Positions 54,992 through 63,700 of a stretch of DNA of 64,000 nucleotides are shown here, piece after piece. Position 1 is the stretch's first letter. Each line of letters begins with the position of its first letter. Source of the DNA: Armatimonadota bacterium (GTDB lineage: Bacteria; Armatimonadota; Fimbriimonadia; Fimbriimonadales; ATM1); the NCBI GenBank assembly GCA_021324165.1, contig JAJPJR010000022.1:11168-75167 (forward strand). The letters are read 5' to 3'. The position numbers were made by a program, and so were the translations under genes. Below the pieces are notes generated by a model that was given only the letters and a program-made list of their open reading frames with translations, made no database searches and was not told the DNA's origin.

Positions 54992-55891
54992 CTAAAGCGT
55001 GCTTCGCGTGCGCTCCACAGCGTGCGCCGTAATCTCGCGGAGCGATTGCTGCCAGGTTGAAGCGTCATTCAAATCAATCTCAAAATCATCGCCGTCGTTC
55101 AAACTGTACGTCAGTCGGAAGGTGGAACCCGAAACGGGTTGAATCGCGGCCATCGGCATGCCAACGCTCACCACATATTCGGCAATGCTTTGATCGCGCT
55201 CCACCGTTTCAGGATTCTGCTGTGCAACCCCGTTTGAATCAATCCGCACGGGAAGCACGACCGGCATTCCCGGATCAAGTTCGTGCCGAAGCGTTATGGA
55301 CATCTCGATGGTGTGCCGTGCGAGCATGCGCGGAAGATCGGGGCGGTATCCGACGGCATAGCCGAACGGAACCTGATGATGAACACAGATGCCGAGTTCA
55401 TCCGAAAACGATCGCATCGCGCACGTGATCGCGCGTTCCACTTCTCCGCGAACTAAACACCCTTTCTTTGCGGGCGCCGACGTTTCCGCCCATTTCAAAA
55501 CCGATTCGATCGCTTGAGATTCGCCGCGGTCATCAAACTGCAATCTGCCCGAAAAGCCCGGCCGTTCAAATCGAAACGACCCCCTGCCCGCAACCTGCTC
55601 CACTTCGATGTAAGGCAGATCGGCGTTGCGATACAGATCGCGGATGCCGGCGCTGATTGCGTCGGTTTCAATGATCAGCACAGGTTTGGCCTGCGGATCG
55701 CTCTCCTCGACCAAAACCCCGAACGCAGGCTTGTTCAGTTCCACGCTCAAAGAGACCGCCGTTGGTTCCACGTCGAAAAACCGTTTGCGCGCGGGCCGAA
55801 GTAGCAGCAGTTTCGAAGGCGAACGGGCGAACGACTCGACAACCAAGCGGTGCGAGCCTTCCAGGATCAGTCTATTTGGTTGGTAGCTCAA
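54992..55891 (-). CDS. Hypothetical protein (299 aa)
   Basis: This is a clean ORF whose amino-acid composition looks like the neighbouring recognisable genes by eye. I recognise no family motif. It lies upstream of the AmiC-like gene on the same strand. Confidence 0.55.
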   Translation of the reverse strand: MSYQPNRLILEGSHRLVVESFARSPSKLLLLRPARKRFFDVEPTAVSLSVELNKPAFGVLVEESDPQAKPVLIIETDAISAGIRDLYRNADLPYIEVEQVAGRGSFRFERPGFSGRLQFDDRGESQAIESVLKWAETSAPAKKGCLVRGEVERAITCAMRSFSDELGICVHHQVPFGYAVGYRPDLPRMLARHTIEMSITLRHELDPGMPVVLPVRIDSNGVAQQNPETVERDQSIAEYVVSVGMPMAAIQPVSGSTFRLTYSLNDGDDFEIDLNDASTWQQSLREITAHAVERTRSTL

Positions 55892-56029
55892 TGAACCTGC
55901 TCCCCTCAGCGAAAATCAAAACGGCCCCCCGGCGCGTCTCCCCCAAACCAGATACTGTATTTTGGTGTCGTTAATGGCAATTTAGCAACAAAAAAGCAAA
56001 AATTGGTTGAACTTTTTGGAGGTGCTTAG

Positions 56030-56761
56030 ATGACGGAGGGTGGATTGCGGGCAGGCCTGGCCGAGGCCTTTGGCGTATTTTTGCTGGTTTTCGTGGGCGG
56101 CTCGGCCATCTGCATGGACTACTACACCGCCTCCCTGCAGAGCCACCAGGCGATCGGAACCGTCGGAATCGCCCTGGCCCACGGCCTGGCGCTCATGATC
56201 GGCGTTTACTGTTCCGCGGGCATTTCCGGGGGCCACCTCAACCCTTCGATCAGTTTTGGGCTGTTTACGATCGGCAAGTGCAGCGGCTCGCGCTTGGCTG
56301 TGTACGTGCTGTTTCAACTGATCGGAGGCGTGCTTGGCGCCGTGGCCGTCATGGGGCTGTTTTCTGAGTACCGCGCCGATGCTCCGTTTTTGGGCACTCC
56401 GCACTTTATCACCGAGGGCGACGGCGCCATCAGCGCGATCAAAGCCGTAGGAATCGAGGCGCTCTTCACGTTTATTCTTGCCATGGTGGTTTTGCTAACC
56501 GCCGTAGATAAAGGCAGAAGCGCCAAGCAGATGGGCGGACTTGCCATCGGAATGACCGTCGCGATGATCGGCATGATCGGCGGCTTCACCGGCGGCTCGA
56601 TGAACCCCGCGAGGTATCTCGGCCCGGCGCTGGTCAGCGGTTCATCAACGGTGCTTTCACAGCTCCCGGTGTATCTCATCGGCCCGGTCATCGGCTCGGT
56701 GATCGCCTGCCTGATTTACAGGTTTCTTTTGGAAACCAAGGACGAAACGCAGCCAGCCTGA
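56030..56761 (+). CDS. MIP/aquaporin family channel
   Basis: It has six TM segments. The first motif is HLNPSISFG (NPS rather than NPA) and the second is SMNPARYLGPAL. GGAGG lies upstream of the ATG. Confidence 0.9.
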   Translation: MTEGGLRAGLAEAFGVFLLVFVGGSAICMDYYTASLQSHQAIGTVGIALAHGLALMIGVYCSAGISGGHLNPSISFGLFTIGKCSGSRLAVYVLFQLIGGVLGAVAVMGLFSEYRADAPFLGTPHFITEGDGAISAIKAVGIEALFTFILAMVVLLTAVDKGRSAKQMGGLAIGMTVAMIGMIGGFTGGSMNPARYLGPALVSGSSTVLSQLPVYLIGPVIGSVIACLIYRFLLETKDETQPA

Positions 56762-56783
56762 CCCACAGGTAGGCTTCTGCCGG

Positions 56784-57560
56784 ATGTTCTCAAACCTCGA
56801 CAAAGCCGCCGAACGCGGAAGGCCGAGTTACTCCTGGCGTTTTGGGCAGGAGCGGCGCTTGAACCTGATCGAGCGCATCATGCCGATCCAAGGAAAGCGG
56901 GTGTTGGATATCGGCTGCGGAATCGGCACGTTCGTAAAACGATTCCGCCAAAAAACCGACCGCGTGGTGGGGATTGACGTGGAGCACGAACGCGTCCGGC
57001 GGGGATCGAGCGAACTGCCGAATCTGTTGGTGGCGGTGGGAGAACGTCTGCCGTTCCGCACCGAAAGTTTCGATCTGGTGCTGCTCAACGAGGTCATTGA
57101 GCATGTTCAAAACGACGCTCAGGTGATCGCCGAGGCGGTGCGCGTGCTGGCGCCGCAGGGGGTGGTGATCGTGTTTGCGCCCAACCGGCTGTATCCTTTA
57201 GAAACGCACGGTGTGCAGCTGGGTGGCAGATTCATCTATAAGCTCGCGCCGTTTGTAAACTGGACTCCCAACTTCATAAGAAACCGGTTGGTTCCGCACG
57301 CACGCGCATACCTTGCAAAAGATATCGCCCGGTTGTTTGCCGGCCTGCCGGTCGAACTGGTTGCGAGCACCTACGTCTATCCCGGCTACGACAAGATTGC
57401 AGCCCGCAGCCCCCGGCTGGGAGCGGCCCTCAGAAAGGTCACGTATGCCCTCGAGGCGACTCCGCTTCGGCGGTTTGGGCTCAGCCATTTCATCGCCGCG
57501 CGCAAATGTGGAACGAAACAGAGGGAACTCTCGGAACTCCGATCCGATTATTCAAAGTAA
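56784..57560 (+). CDS. Class I SAM-dependent methyltransferase
   Basis: It has VLDIGCGIGTF (motif I), then DLVLLNEVIEHV. Confidence 0.8.
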   Translation: MFSNLDKAAERGRPSYSWRFGQERRLNLIERIMPIQGKRVLDIGCGIGTFVKRFRQKTDRVVGIDVEHERVRRGSSELPNLLVAVGERLPFRTESFDLVLLNEVIEHVQNDAQVIAEAVRVLAPQGVVIVFAPNRLYPLETHGVQLGGRFIYKLAPFVNWTPNFIRNRLVPHARAYLAKDIARLFAGLPVELVASTYVYPGYDKIAARSPRLGAALRKVTYALEATPLRRFGLSHFIAARKCGTKQRELSELRSDYSK

Positions 57561-57598
57561 TCACATCTAACTTTCGCTCGTATTTACTGGTGACACTC

Positions 57599-58837
57599 AT
57601 GAACTTCCGCAAACTTTCCATCCTTCTTTCGGTTTTCGCCGGCCTGCTGGCGGCAGTGCCCGCGGCTCTCGCCCAGCCGATTACCAAAGAAACCAAGGCC
57701 GCGCTTTTGCAGGCGATTTCCGAAAGGATTTCCAAAACCGCGTATGTGCAGGGAGCCGACTTCAGCAAATGGCCCGAGATGATGGCCAAGCACCAGGCGC
57801 AGTTCGACAAGGCCGAAACCGCCGAGTCGTTCGCCGCCGCAGTCAACCTGGCGTTCGACGACTTTCATTTCTCGCACTTGCAGCTGCTCACGCCGCGTGC
57901 GGCTGGAACCCAGTTCACCGGAAAAAGTGTCGGAATCGGCATTCTGGCGCAGCCGACCAGCGACGGCATTCGAATCGCCAAAATCATCAAGGGCGGCCCT
58001 GCCGAAAAGGCGGGCTTGAAAGTGGGCGACCTGATCGTGAAAGGCGACGGCAAGCCCGTAACCCAGCCCGAGCAGATTCGGGGAGATGCCGACACGCAGG
58101 TTGCGCTCACCATCAAACGCGATGACAAGACGTTCGATGTGACGATCACGCGTAAGCCGTTCAGCGTTCTGGAGCCCGATACGCTCACCTGGCCGGAACC
58201 CAAAACCGCGCTCATCACGATCCACACGTTCGGCGTGGGCTACGATCCGAAGTTGATTGACAAGATGTTCGCCGATGCCGCCAAAGCCGAGAACCTGATC
58301 ATTGACATCCGAGGCAACGGCGGCGGCAGAGTGGACAACTTGCAGCACCTCGCCGGCAAACTGCTCTCAGGGTCGGATTCAATGGGCAAATTCATTACGC
58401 GCACCGATGCGGCGCGCTTCCAGAAAAAATATCCCGACAAAACGCCCGACCCCGTCGCGGTTTCCAAAGAGTACGGCTTTGAAATTGACCCGCTCACGCC
58501 CAAAGAAGGATGGTACAAGGGAAAACTCGAGGTGCTGATCAGCCCCGGATCGGGCAGCGCAAGCGAGATCTTCGCCGCGACGATCCAAGACCACAAGCGG
58601 GGCAAGATCATCGGCACAAGGTCGGCAGGAGCTGTTCTGGCATCGGCGTTTTTCGCCCTGCCCGAGGATTACCGCCTGCAGGTGCCGTTTATGGAATACG
58701 TTTCCTTCGGCGGACGGCGGCTGGAAGGCGAGGGGGTCAAACCCGACGTTCCGTTGGACCTCCAGACCACCGCAGATGATGAGAAGGTTCTGAAGGCCGC
58801 GCTGTTGGCATTTAGCGACGCTAAATTAGGCGGCTGA
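57599..58837 (+). CDS. S41 family (C-terminal processing) peptidase with PDZ domain
   Basis: It has the signal peptide MNFRKLSILLSVFAGLLAAVPAALAQP and the PDZ segment GIRIAKIIKGGPAEKAGLKVGDLIV. Further motifs are IIDIRGNGGG and the catalytic region SPGSGSASEIFAATIQDHKRGKIIG. Confidence 0.8.
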   Translation: MNFRKLSILLSVFAGLLAAVPAALAQPITKETKAALLQAISERISKTAYVQGADFSKWPEMMAKHQAQFDKAETAESFAAAVNLAFDDFHFSHLQLLTPRAAGTQFTGKSVGIGILAQPTSDGIRIAKIIKGGPAEKAGLKVGDLIVKGDGKPVTQPEQIRGDADTQVALTIKRDDKTFDVTITRKPFSVLEPDTLTWPEPKTALITIHTFGVGYDPKLIDKMFADAAKAENLIIDIRGNGGGRVDNLQHLAGKLLSGSDSMGKFITRTDAARFQKKYPDKTPDPVAVSKEYGFEIDPLTPKEGWYKGKLEVLISPGSGSASEIFAATIQDHKRGKIIGTRSAGAVLASAFFALPEDYRLQVPFMEYVSFGGRRLEGEGVKPDVPLDLQTTADDEKVLKAALLAFSDAKLGG

Positions 58838-59258
58838 CCGCCGCGGTCACGGCCTCTTCGGAGTACCCCTCGGAAATGAGCCGCCTGGCGAGCTTCGGCC
58901 CGTTGAGCTTGGAGCCGAGTTTCGCGAGCGCTCTCTGAAGGAGGTCTGACTCGCTGGGAGCCAGTGAGAGCGCCCGCTCGATAGCCTCGGCCGGCGCCCC
59001 GCGCCGCTCCAGAAAAGCACGGATGCGGACAGGGCCCCAAACCTTGTTTTCAACCGCGTTTTGCACGAGCTCTCGGCAGAGGCGGTCGTCGTCAACCAAT
59101 CTCTTGTGTACCAGATAGTCCAAGCAGTCCGCAATCGCCCGTTCGGGGAGATCTCTCTCAGCAAGTTTTTCGGAAATTTCGTTCGAAAAACGATTCCGCG
59201 CCCTCAGCATGGCCAGCGCAATGCCAAGGGCGCGGTCGGAGTCGGGATCGCCTCCCAC
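58821..59258 (-). CDS. recX: Recombination regulator RecX
   Basis: It lies immediately downstream of recA. It shows helical-repeat sequence (LRARNRFSNEISEKLAERDLPERAIADCLDYL...). Confidence 0.85.
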   Translation of the reverse strand: MGGDPDSDRALGIALAMLRARNRFSNEISEKLAERDLPERAIADCLDYLVHKRLVDDDRLCRELVQNAVENKVWGPVRIRAFLERRGAPAEAIERALSLAPSESDLLQRALAKLGSKLNGPKLARRLISEGYSEEAVTAAVSRLI

Positions 59259-59260
59259 GG

Positions 59261-60346
59261 CTACTCCTCGTCGTCGGTCGCGGCAGATTCGGGGCTTTCC
59301 GAGGCGTAGTTGGCAGATTTCTCGGCCAAAGATGCCTGAATCCGGTCGGCCAGTTCATCCAGAATGCTCGGATTGGCCTCCAAGAACAGTTTGGCGTTGT
59401 CCCGGCCCTGTCCCAGGCGGAGGTCGCCGTAACTGTAGTAGGTGCCGCTTCGGGTGATGAAGTTCAGTTTGGATGCCACATCCAAAAGGTCGCCTGCCCT
59501 GTCCACGCCTTTGCCGAAGATGATGTCGAACTCGCACGCTTTGAACGGGGGAGCAACTTTGTTCTTGACCACCTTGACCTTGGTTCTCGCGCCGATCGGC
59601 TCGGCGCCGTCTTTGAGGGTTTCGGCGCGCCGGACCTCCAGCCGAACCGAGGCCCAGAACTTGAGCGAGCGGCCGCCAGGGGTGGTCTCCGGGTTGCCAT
59701 AAAGCACTCCGATCTTCTCGCGAAGCTGGTTGATGAACACAACCGCGGTTTTGGTCTTGTTGGTGTGCCCGCCCAGTTTGCGCAAAGCCTGCGACATCAT
59801 TCGGGCTTGCACGCCGACGAATGTGTCCCCCATTTCGCCCTCGAGTTCGGCCTTGGGCACCAGGGCCGCCACCGAGTCGAGCACCACAACATCCAGCGCG
59901 CCCGACCGGATCATCGCATCCATGATCTCCAGCGCTTCCTCGCCGGTGGCAGGCTGCGAAATGTACAACTTCTCCACGTCCACTCCCAAGGCGCGGGCGT
60001 ATTCAACGTCCAAGGCGTGTTCGGCATCCACAAACAGCGCCAAGCCTCCCTTTCGCTGGGCCTCGGCGATGATCTGCAATGCGATCGTGGTCTTGCCCGA
60101 ACTCTCCGTGCCGTAGATTTCGGTGATCCTCCCTCGCGGAATCCCCCCGATTCCCAAAGCCGTGTCAAGGCTCACAGAGCCGGTTGGAATCGCCTCGACC
60201 CGCTCGGCCGCGGCCTCGTTCATTCGCATCACGGCGCCTTTGCCAAACGCCTTTTCCAGCTGGCTCAGGGCGCTCTTCAGGGACTGCTCTTTGTTCAGTT
60301 CTTGCTTCTCCAAAAGTTCGATGCCGTTCTTGCTCGCTGCCATCAT
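59261..60346 (-). CDS. recA: Recombinase A
   Basis: It has [39 protein letters not shown] and [30 protein letters not shown] lies upstream, and the second ATG (60343) has the better spacing. Confidence 0.97.
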   Translation of the reverse strand: MMAASKNGIELLEKQELNKEQSLKSALSQLEKAFGKGAVMRMNEAAAERVEAIPTGSVSLDTALGIGGIPRGRITEIYGTESSGKTTIALQIIAEAQRKGGLALFVDAEHALDVEYARALGVDVEKLYISQPATGEEALEIMDAMIRSGALDVVVLDSVAALVPKAELEGEMGDTFVGVQARMMSQALRKLGGHTNKTKTAVVFINQLREKIGVLYGNPETTPGGRSLKFWASVRLEVRRAETLKDGAEPIGARTKVKVVKNKVAPPFKACEFDIIFGKGVDRAGDLLDVASKLNFITRSGTYYSYGDLRLGQGRDNAKLFLEANPSILDELADRIQASLAEKSANYASESPESAATDDEE

Positions 60347-60374
60347 TATCCTCCCTTTGTGATAGGTAGACGTA

Positions 60375-60403
60375 GTTATACTATAAGTCTACTCATCTGT
60401 CAA
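60375..60403 (-). promoter_or_regulatory. Candidate sigma-70 type recA promoter (-35 TTGACA, 17 bp spacer, -10 TATAAC)
   Basis: Read on the minus strand: cTTGACAgatgagtagacttatagTATAACtacgtctacc. It lies about 30 nt upstream of the recA start. A nested palindrome overlaps it (see findings). Confidence 0.45.
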
Positions 60404-60417
60404 GGGTTTTTGAAAAA

Positions 60418-61002
60418 ATGTTTGAAAAACGGGAGGACAACGCCCTGCTGAGGGAGAAACCGAACGGGATGACGCTGATTCCGTTGTTCGTTATGGGCTG
60501 GCAGGCACGCAGTTGGCTGAAGCCGTACGAGCCGAGCGGCCCGGTTATCCGTGTGGAGATTCAGGGCCGGGGGACGTTTGAAATCACCACCGATCCAAGC
60601 CTGTCGCCCAAAACGGTCGCGCATATTCTTCGTTTGACCCGGACCGGGTTTTATGACAAGCAGCGGGTGCACCGGGTGGAGTATTGGGTGACCCAATGGG
60701 GGGCGCCTGCCAGCCGCAACAAGCCGCTGGATTCGGATGCGGTGGGAGACGGCGGCAGCGGAACGCAGCTGCCGTTCGAGATGAGCGACGTTGATTTCGT
60801 GCGAGGCGTGGTGGGTGTTGCCAGCAACGGCCTTCAGATGGGAGGCGATTCGCAACTGTTCATCATCAAGCAAGACCGCCTTTACCTTTGGCACAGTTAT
60901 GCGGTGGTGGGGAAAGTCACGAAAGGGATGGAAGTGGTAGACAAGATCATCCGAGGGGACCGCATCTCCAAAATGGCGATCGTCGGCGCGCGAGGAAGAT
61001 AA
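60418..61002 (+). CDS. Cyclophilin-type peptidyl-prolyl cis-trans isomerase
   Basis: It has SPKTVAHILRLTRTGFYDKQRVHRV, then GVVGVASNGLQMGGDSQLFII, then YAVVGKVTKGMEVVDKI. Confidence 0.8.
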   Translation: MFEKREDNALLREKPNGMTLIPLFVMGWQARSWLKPYEPSGPVIRVEIQGRGTFEITTDPSLSPKTVAHILRLTRTGFYDKQRVHRVEYWVTQWGAPASRNKPLDSDAVGDGGSGTQLPFEMSDVDFVRGVVGVASNGLQMGGDSQLFIIKQDRLYLWHSYAVVGKVTKGMEVVDKIIRGDRISKMAIVGARGR

Positions 61003-61182
61003 AACCGGGCACACGCATCAATCTGCCGGCGCCGCTTTGCAGATAAGCCTTATCTCCGTTGCCTCACCCAACCCGGCAGGAGCAACCGTAAGAGGGGCGG
61101 AGCGGATGCGGGCTCAGCGCGCCTGCGAAGCGGGCGGCGTTAACCCGTCGTTAGCATTTAGGCGCGGTAGCATCAGATTCAG

Positions 61183-61593
61183 ATGGACCGGATCGCCGTG
61201 CTGTTCGTTTGTGTGCACAACTCCGCCCGGTCGCAAATGGCAGAAGCGTTTTTCAACAAGATGGCGCAAGAGCGGGGCATTTCTTTGCGCGCGGCATCGG
61301 CGGGGACGCTTCAGGGCGCAGGTGTGAACCCGAAGGCGGTTCAGGTGATGGATGAGATCGGGATCTCTCTTCGGGGTCACACTCCCAAACTGCTCACCCA
61401 GCAGATGGTGGACGCGAGCGAAAAGATCGTAACCATGGGCTGCGGCGTGGATGCGGCCGCATGCCCGGCGAGATTCCTGGCTGCCGAAGATTGGGGGCTC
61501 CGCGATCCGGCAGAGCTCCCTCTTTCGGCAGTGCGGGAAGTGAGGGATGAGATCGAGCGGAAAGTAGCCGACCTCATCGAGAGGCTAGGCTGA
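61183..61593 (+). CDS. arsC: Arsenate reductase, LMW-PTPase/thioredoxin-coupled type
   Basis: It has the P-loop VLFVCVHNSARSQMAE (CX5R) and the downstream cysteine pair MGCGVDAAACP. Confidence 0.85.
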   Translation: MDRIAVLFVCVHNSARSQMAEAFFNKMAQERGISLRAASAGTLQGAGVNPKAVQVMDEIGISLRGHTPKLLTQQMVDASEKIVTMGCGVDAAACPARFLAAEDWGLRDPAELPLSAVREVRDEIERKVADLIERLG

Positions 61594-61598
61594 GCGCT

Positions 61599-61628
61599 CC
61601 CGGCCGAAATCTTGCGGTCTCGGCCGGG
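61599..61628. terminator. Hairpin between convergent arsC and the BNR-repeat gene (possible bidirectional terminator)
   Basis: CCCGGCCGA (61599-61607) pairs with TCGGCCGGG (61620-61628) across a 12-nt loop. No strong U-tract follows. Confidence 0.4.
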
Positions 61629-61639
61629 AATTTGGAGCG

Positions 61640-63502
61640 TTAGTTTCCGATGATCCAGTTGGCCATATCCATCGAGGCTCTGAACAGCAGATTCGCGGGG
61701 TTGAACCCCGAATAACTGATCAACGCTCGCACTTCGCCCGTTGATTGATTCACGAACCGCGAAAGATCGCCGGTCGCATTTACGGTGACGGTGGAATCGG
61801 AAGTTGTGGCCGCGCGCGAATCCACCAACTCGAAACTGTTGGTTTGAAAGTTATACAGCGAGATTTTCTGCGTGAGTCCCGCGGCGTTCACTTTTCCATC
61901 GAACTTGAACTGAAGCGTTCCGGGAGTGTGCTTTTGCGTGTGCGAACTGATTTGGATTTTCAACGGATCGCCTATCAGAATCGGAGTGTAGAGCGCCTGC
62001 GTCACCCAATACGTTGAATCGTTTGCGGCCAAATCGGAAAACGATCCCGAAACCTGCGTTCCTTGCAGAATGGTTCCCGAATCGGGAACGTCGGTTTCCG
62101 GTATCGCTTCGATGCGCACGTAATACACGTCCTCTTCGCCGTTGAAGGTTGCGGCGTAGGCCACATCGGCGCCGGTATTGTCGCTGATCATTCCCATGTA
62201 ATCACCGATCTTGTTTTGATTCGGATATCCCAGAGACTGATTGAACTGCGCGCTGACTTTGATGTTGGGCGCAAACGTTGCTCCTCCATCGGTCGAGTAT
62301 GTGTACCAAAGTTCGGAAAGCGAGTTGTTGCCGCTGTTGCGCGTGTCGTACCAGATGACATCAACCCGTCCGTTCGGGGCTACGGAAAGCGTTCCAAACC
62401 AGTGATATTTTCCGCCGTTTTGTGAATCGTCGTTGATCCGTTTTCCGGTGCTCCATGTGTTGCCGCCGTCGGTGCTTCTTGCAAACATCACATCGCACGG
62501 GTTGCTGCTGTTGCGATACACGCTGCACAACATGTAGAGATATCCGTTGGTTGCGCCTCCAGACCGGTCGCACGCGAGCCAAACCTGACCTGCAAGACCG
62601 TCGGGGTTGACCTGGGAGCCGTAGATCATGGACCCGCCCAGATTGATCGTTCGGGACATATCAAATGTTGGGGATTGCGACTTGTCTTTTGCATTAGATG
62701 ACCGCGCGAAATAGAACTGATTGCCGGAATCCGATCCGCCCAAATACAGTTCGCCGTTCGGGCCGACATCCAGCACGCCCCAAACCATATCGTTGGGAAT
62801 GTTGATCGGCGAGCTCCAGGTGATTCCGCCGTTGACCGAACGGCTGAACTGTCTGCCGCCGTAGTTGTTTCCGGCGGTGCTCCAGTATTGATACATGTTG
62901 CCTTTGCCGATGCTGTTGGTGCGATCAATGGTGAACCACTCTTTGTCGCCTCCTGTTGCGTCGGCCACGCGGCTGAAATTCGCGCCGCCGTTAATGGATT
63001 TCCAAACGTCGTCATAAAACGTTTGGAGCAGACTCAGATAAAAGAAGTTTCCGTCGGCATCGGTTTGCAACACCGGATCGCTCCTAAACACGTTGTTTTC
63101 CAAAACGCCGGGAAACGTCCAACTGAGGCCTCCGTTCGTGGTGTATGCCCAACCGGCTTGCCGGAAATTGGAAGTTTTGTTGTTGAACTGCCGCCATGCG
63201 ATCGTCATCAGGTTATGGTTGTTCGGATTGATGCAGATCGAAGGTTCGTTTGCGGCGTCGTTCAAAATGTTTTGCCCTTGCGCGTTCACATTAACTTGCA
63301 CGCTTGTGAACGAACCGATTTTGCAGCCGCCCGCTGGGCCTGTGATCGTCAAGTTCGAAATCCAGGGCGGGTCTCCATATTTTTCCAAGATGGGAACAGA
63401 TCCCCTTGCTTCGTCAGGATCGCCGCCTCTCATCTGGCCGAACGACGGCCCTGAGATCAGAATCCCGCACGCAAGCCCCGAAAGCAGAACGTAATATTTC
63501 AT
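61640..63502 (-). CDS. BNR/Asp-box repeat protein (sialidase-like beta-propeller) with C-terminal beta-rich domain, secreted
   Basis: The start is taken at MKYYVLLSGLACGILISGPSFGQ (63502). It carries multiple Asp boxes: TNGGLSWTF, SINGGANFS, SVNGGITWSS, STDGGNTWS and STDGGATF. Confidence 0.75.
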   Translation of the reverse strand: MKYYVLLSGLACGILISGPSFGQMRGGDPDEARGSVPILEKYGDPPWISNLTITGPAGGCKIGSFTSVQVNVNAQGQNILNDAANEPSICINPNNHNLMTIAWRQFNNKTSNFRQAGWAYTTNGGLSWTFPGVLENNVFRSDPVLQTDADGNFFYLSLLQTFYDDVWKSINGGANFSRVADATGGDKEWFTIDRTNSIGKGNMYQYWSTAGNNYGGRQFSRSVNGGITWSSPINIPNDMVWGVLDVGPNGELYLGGSDSGNQFYFARSSNAKDKSQSPTFDMSRTINLGGSMIYGSQVNPDGLAGQVWLACDRSGGATNGYLYMLCSVYRNSSNPCDVMFARSTDGGNTWSTGKRINDDSQNGGKYHWFGTLSVAPNGRVDVIWYDTRNSGNNSLSELWYTYSTDGGATFAPNIKVSAQFNQSLGYPNQNKIGDYMGMISDNTGADVAYAATFNGEEDVYYVRIEAIPETDVPDSGTILQGTQVSGSFSDLAANDSTYWVTQALYTPILIGDPLKIQISSHTQKHTPGTLQFKFDGKVNAAGLTQKISLYNFQTNSFELVDSRAATTSDSTVTVNATGDLSRFVNQSTGEVRALISYSGFNPANLLFRASMDMANWIIGN

Positions 63503-63700
63503 ATTGCTCACCCCAAATATCAGCTCGGAAAAGGCCGAGCAAGCCCTGAATATAATGACCGGGTTCGAACGTTCGTTCGTTCGAACCGCGATTCCTCCTG
63601 GGATTAATGCTGGCTTGAAAATTCGTTGGCACCTCGAACGGAGTTTGCCGTACAATCTGTTGGAGAGAACTGTGTCCAATTACCCCGCAAAGGAGCGCTC

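Noticed and set aside
61037-61327. ORF 61037..61327(+), upstream of and overlapping arsC.
   Set aside because: It is out of frame with the well-supported arsC start (MDRIAVLFVCVHNSARSQ), has no motif and is arginine-rich.
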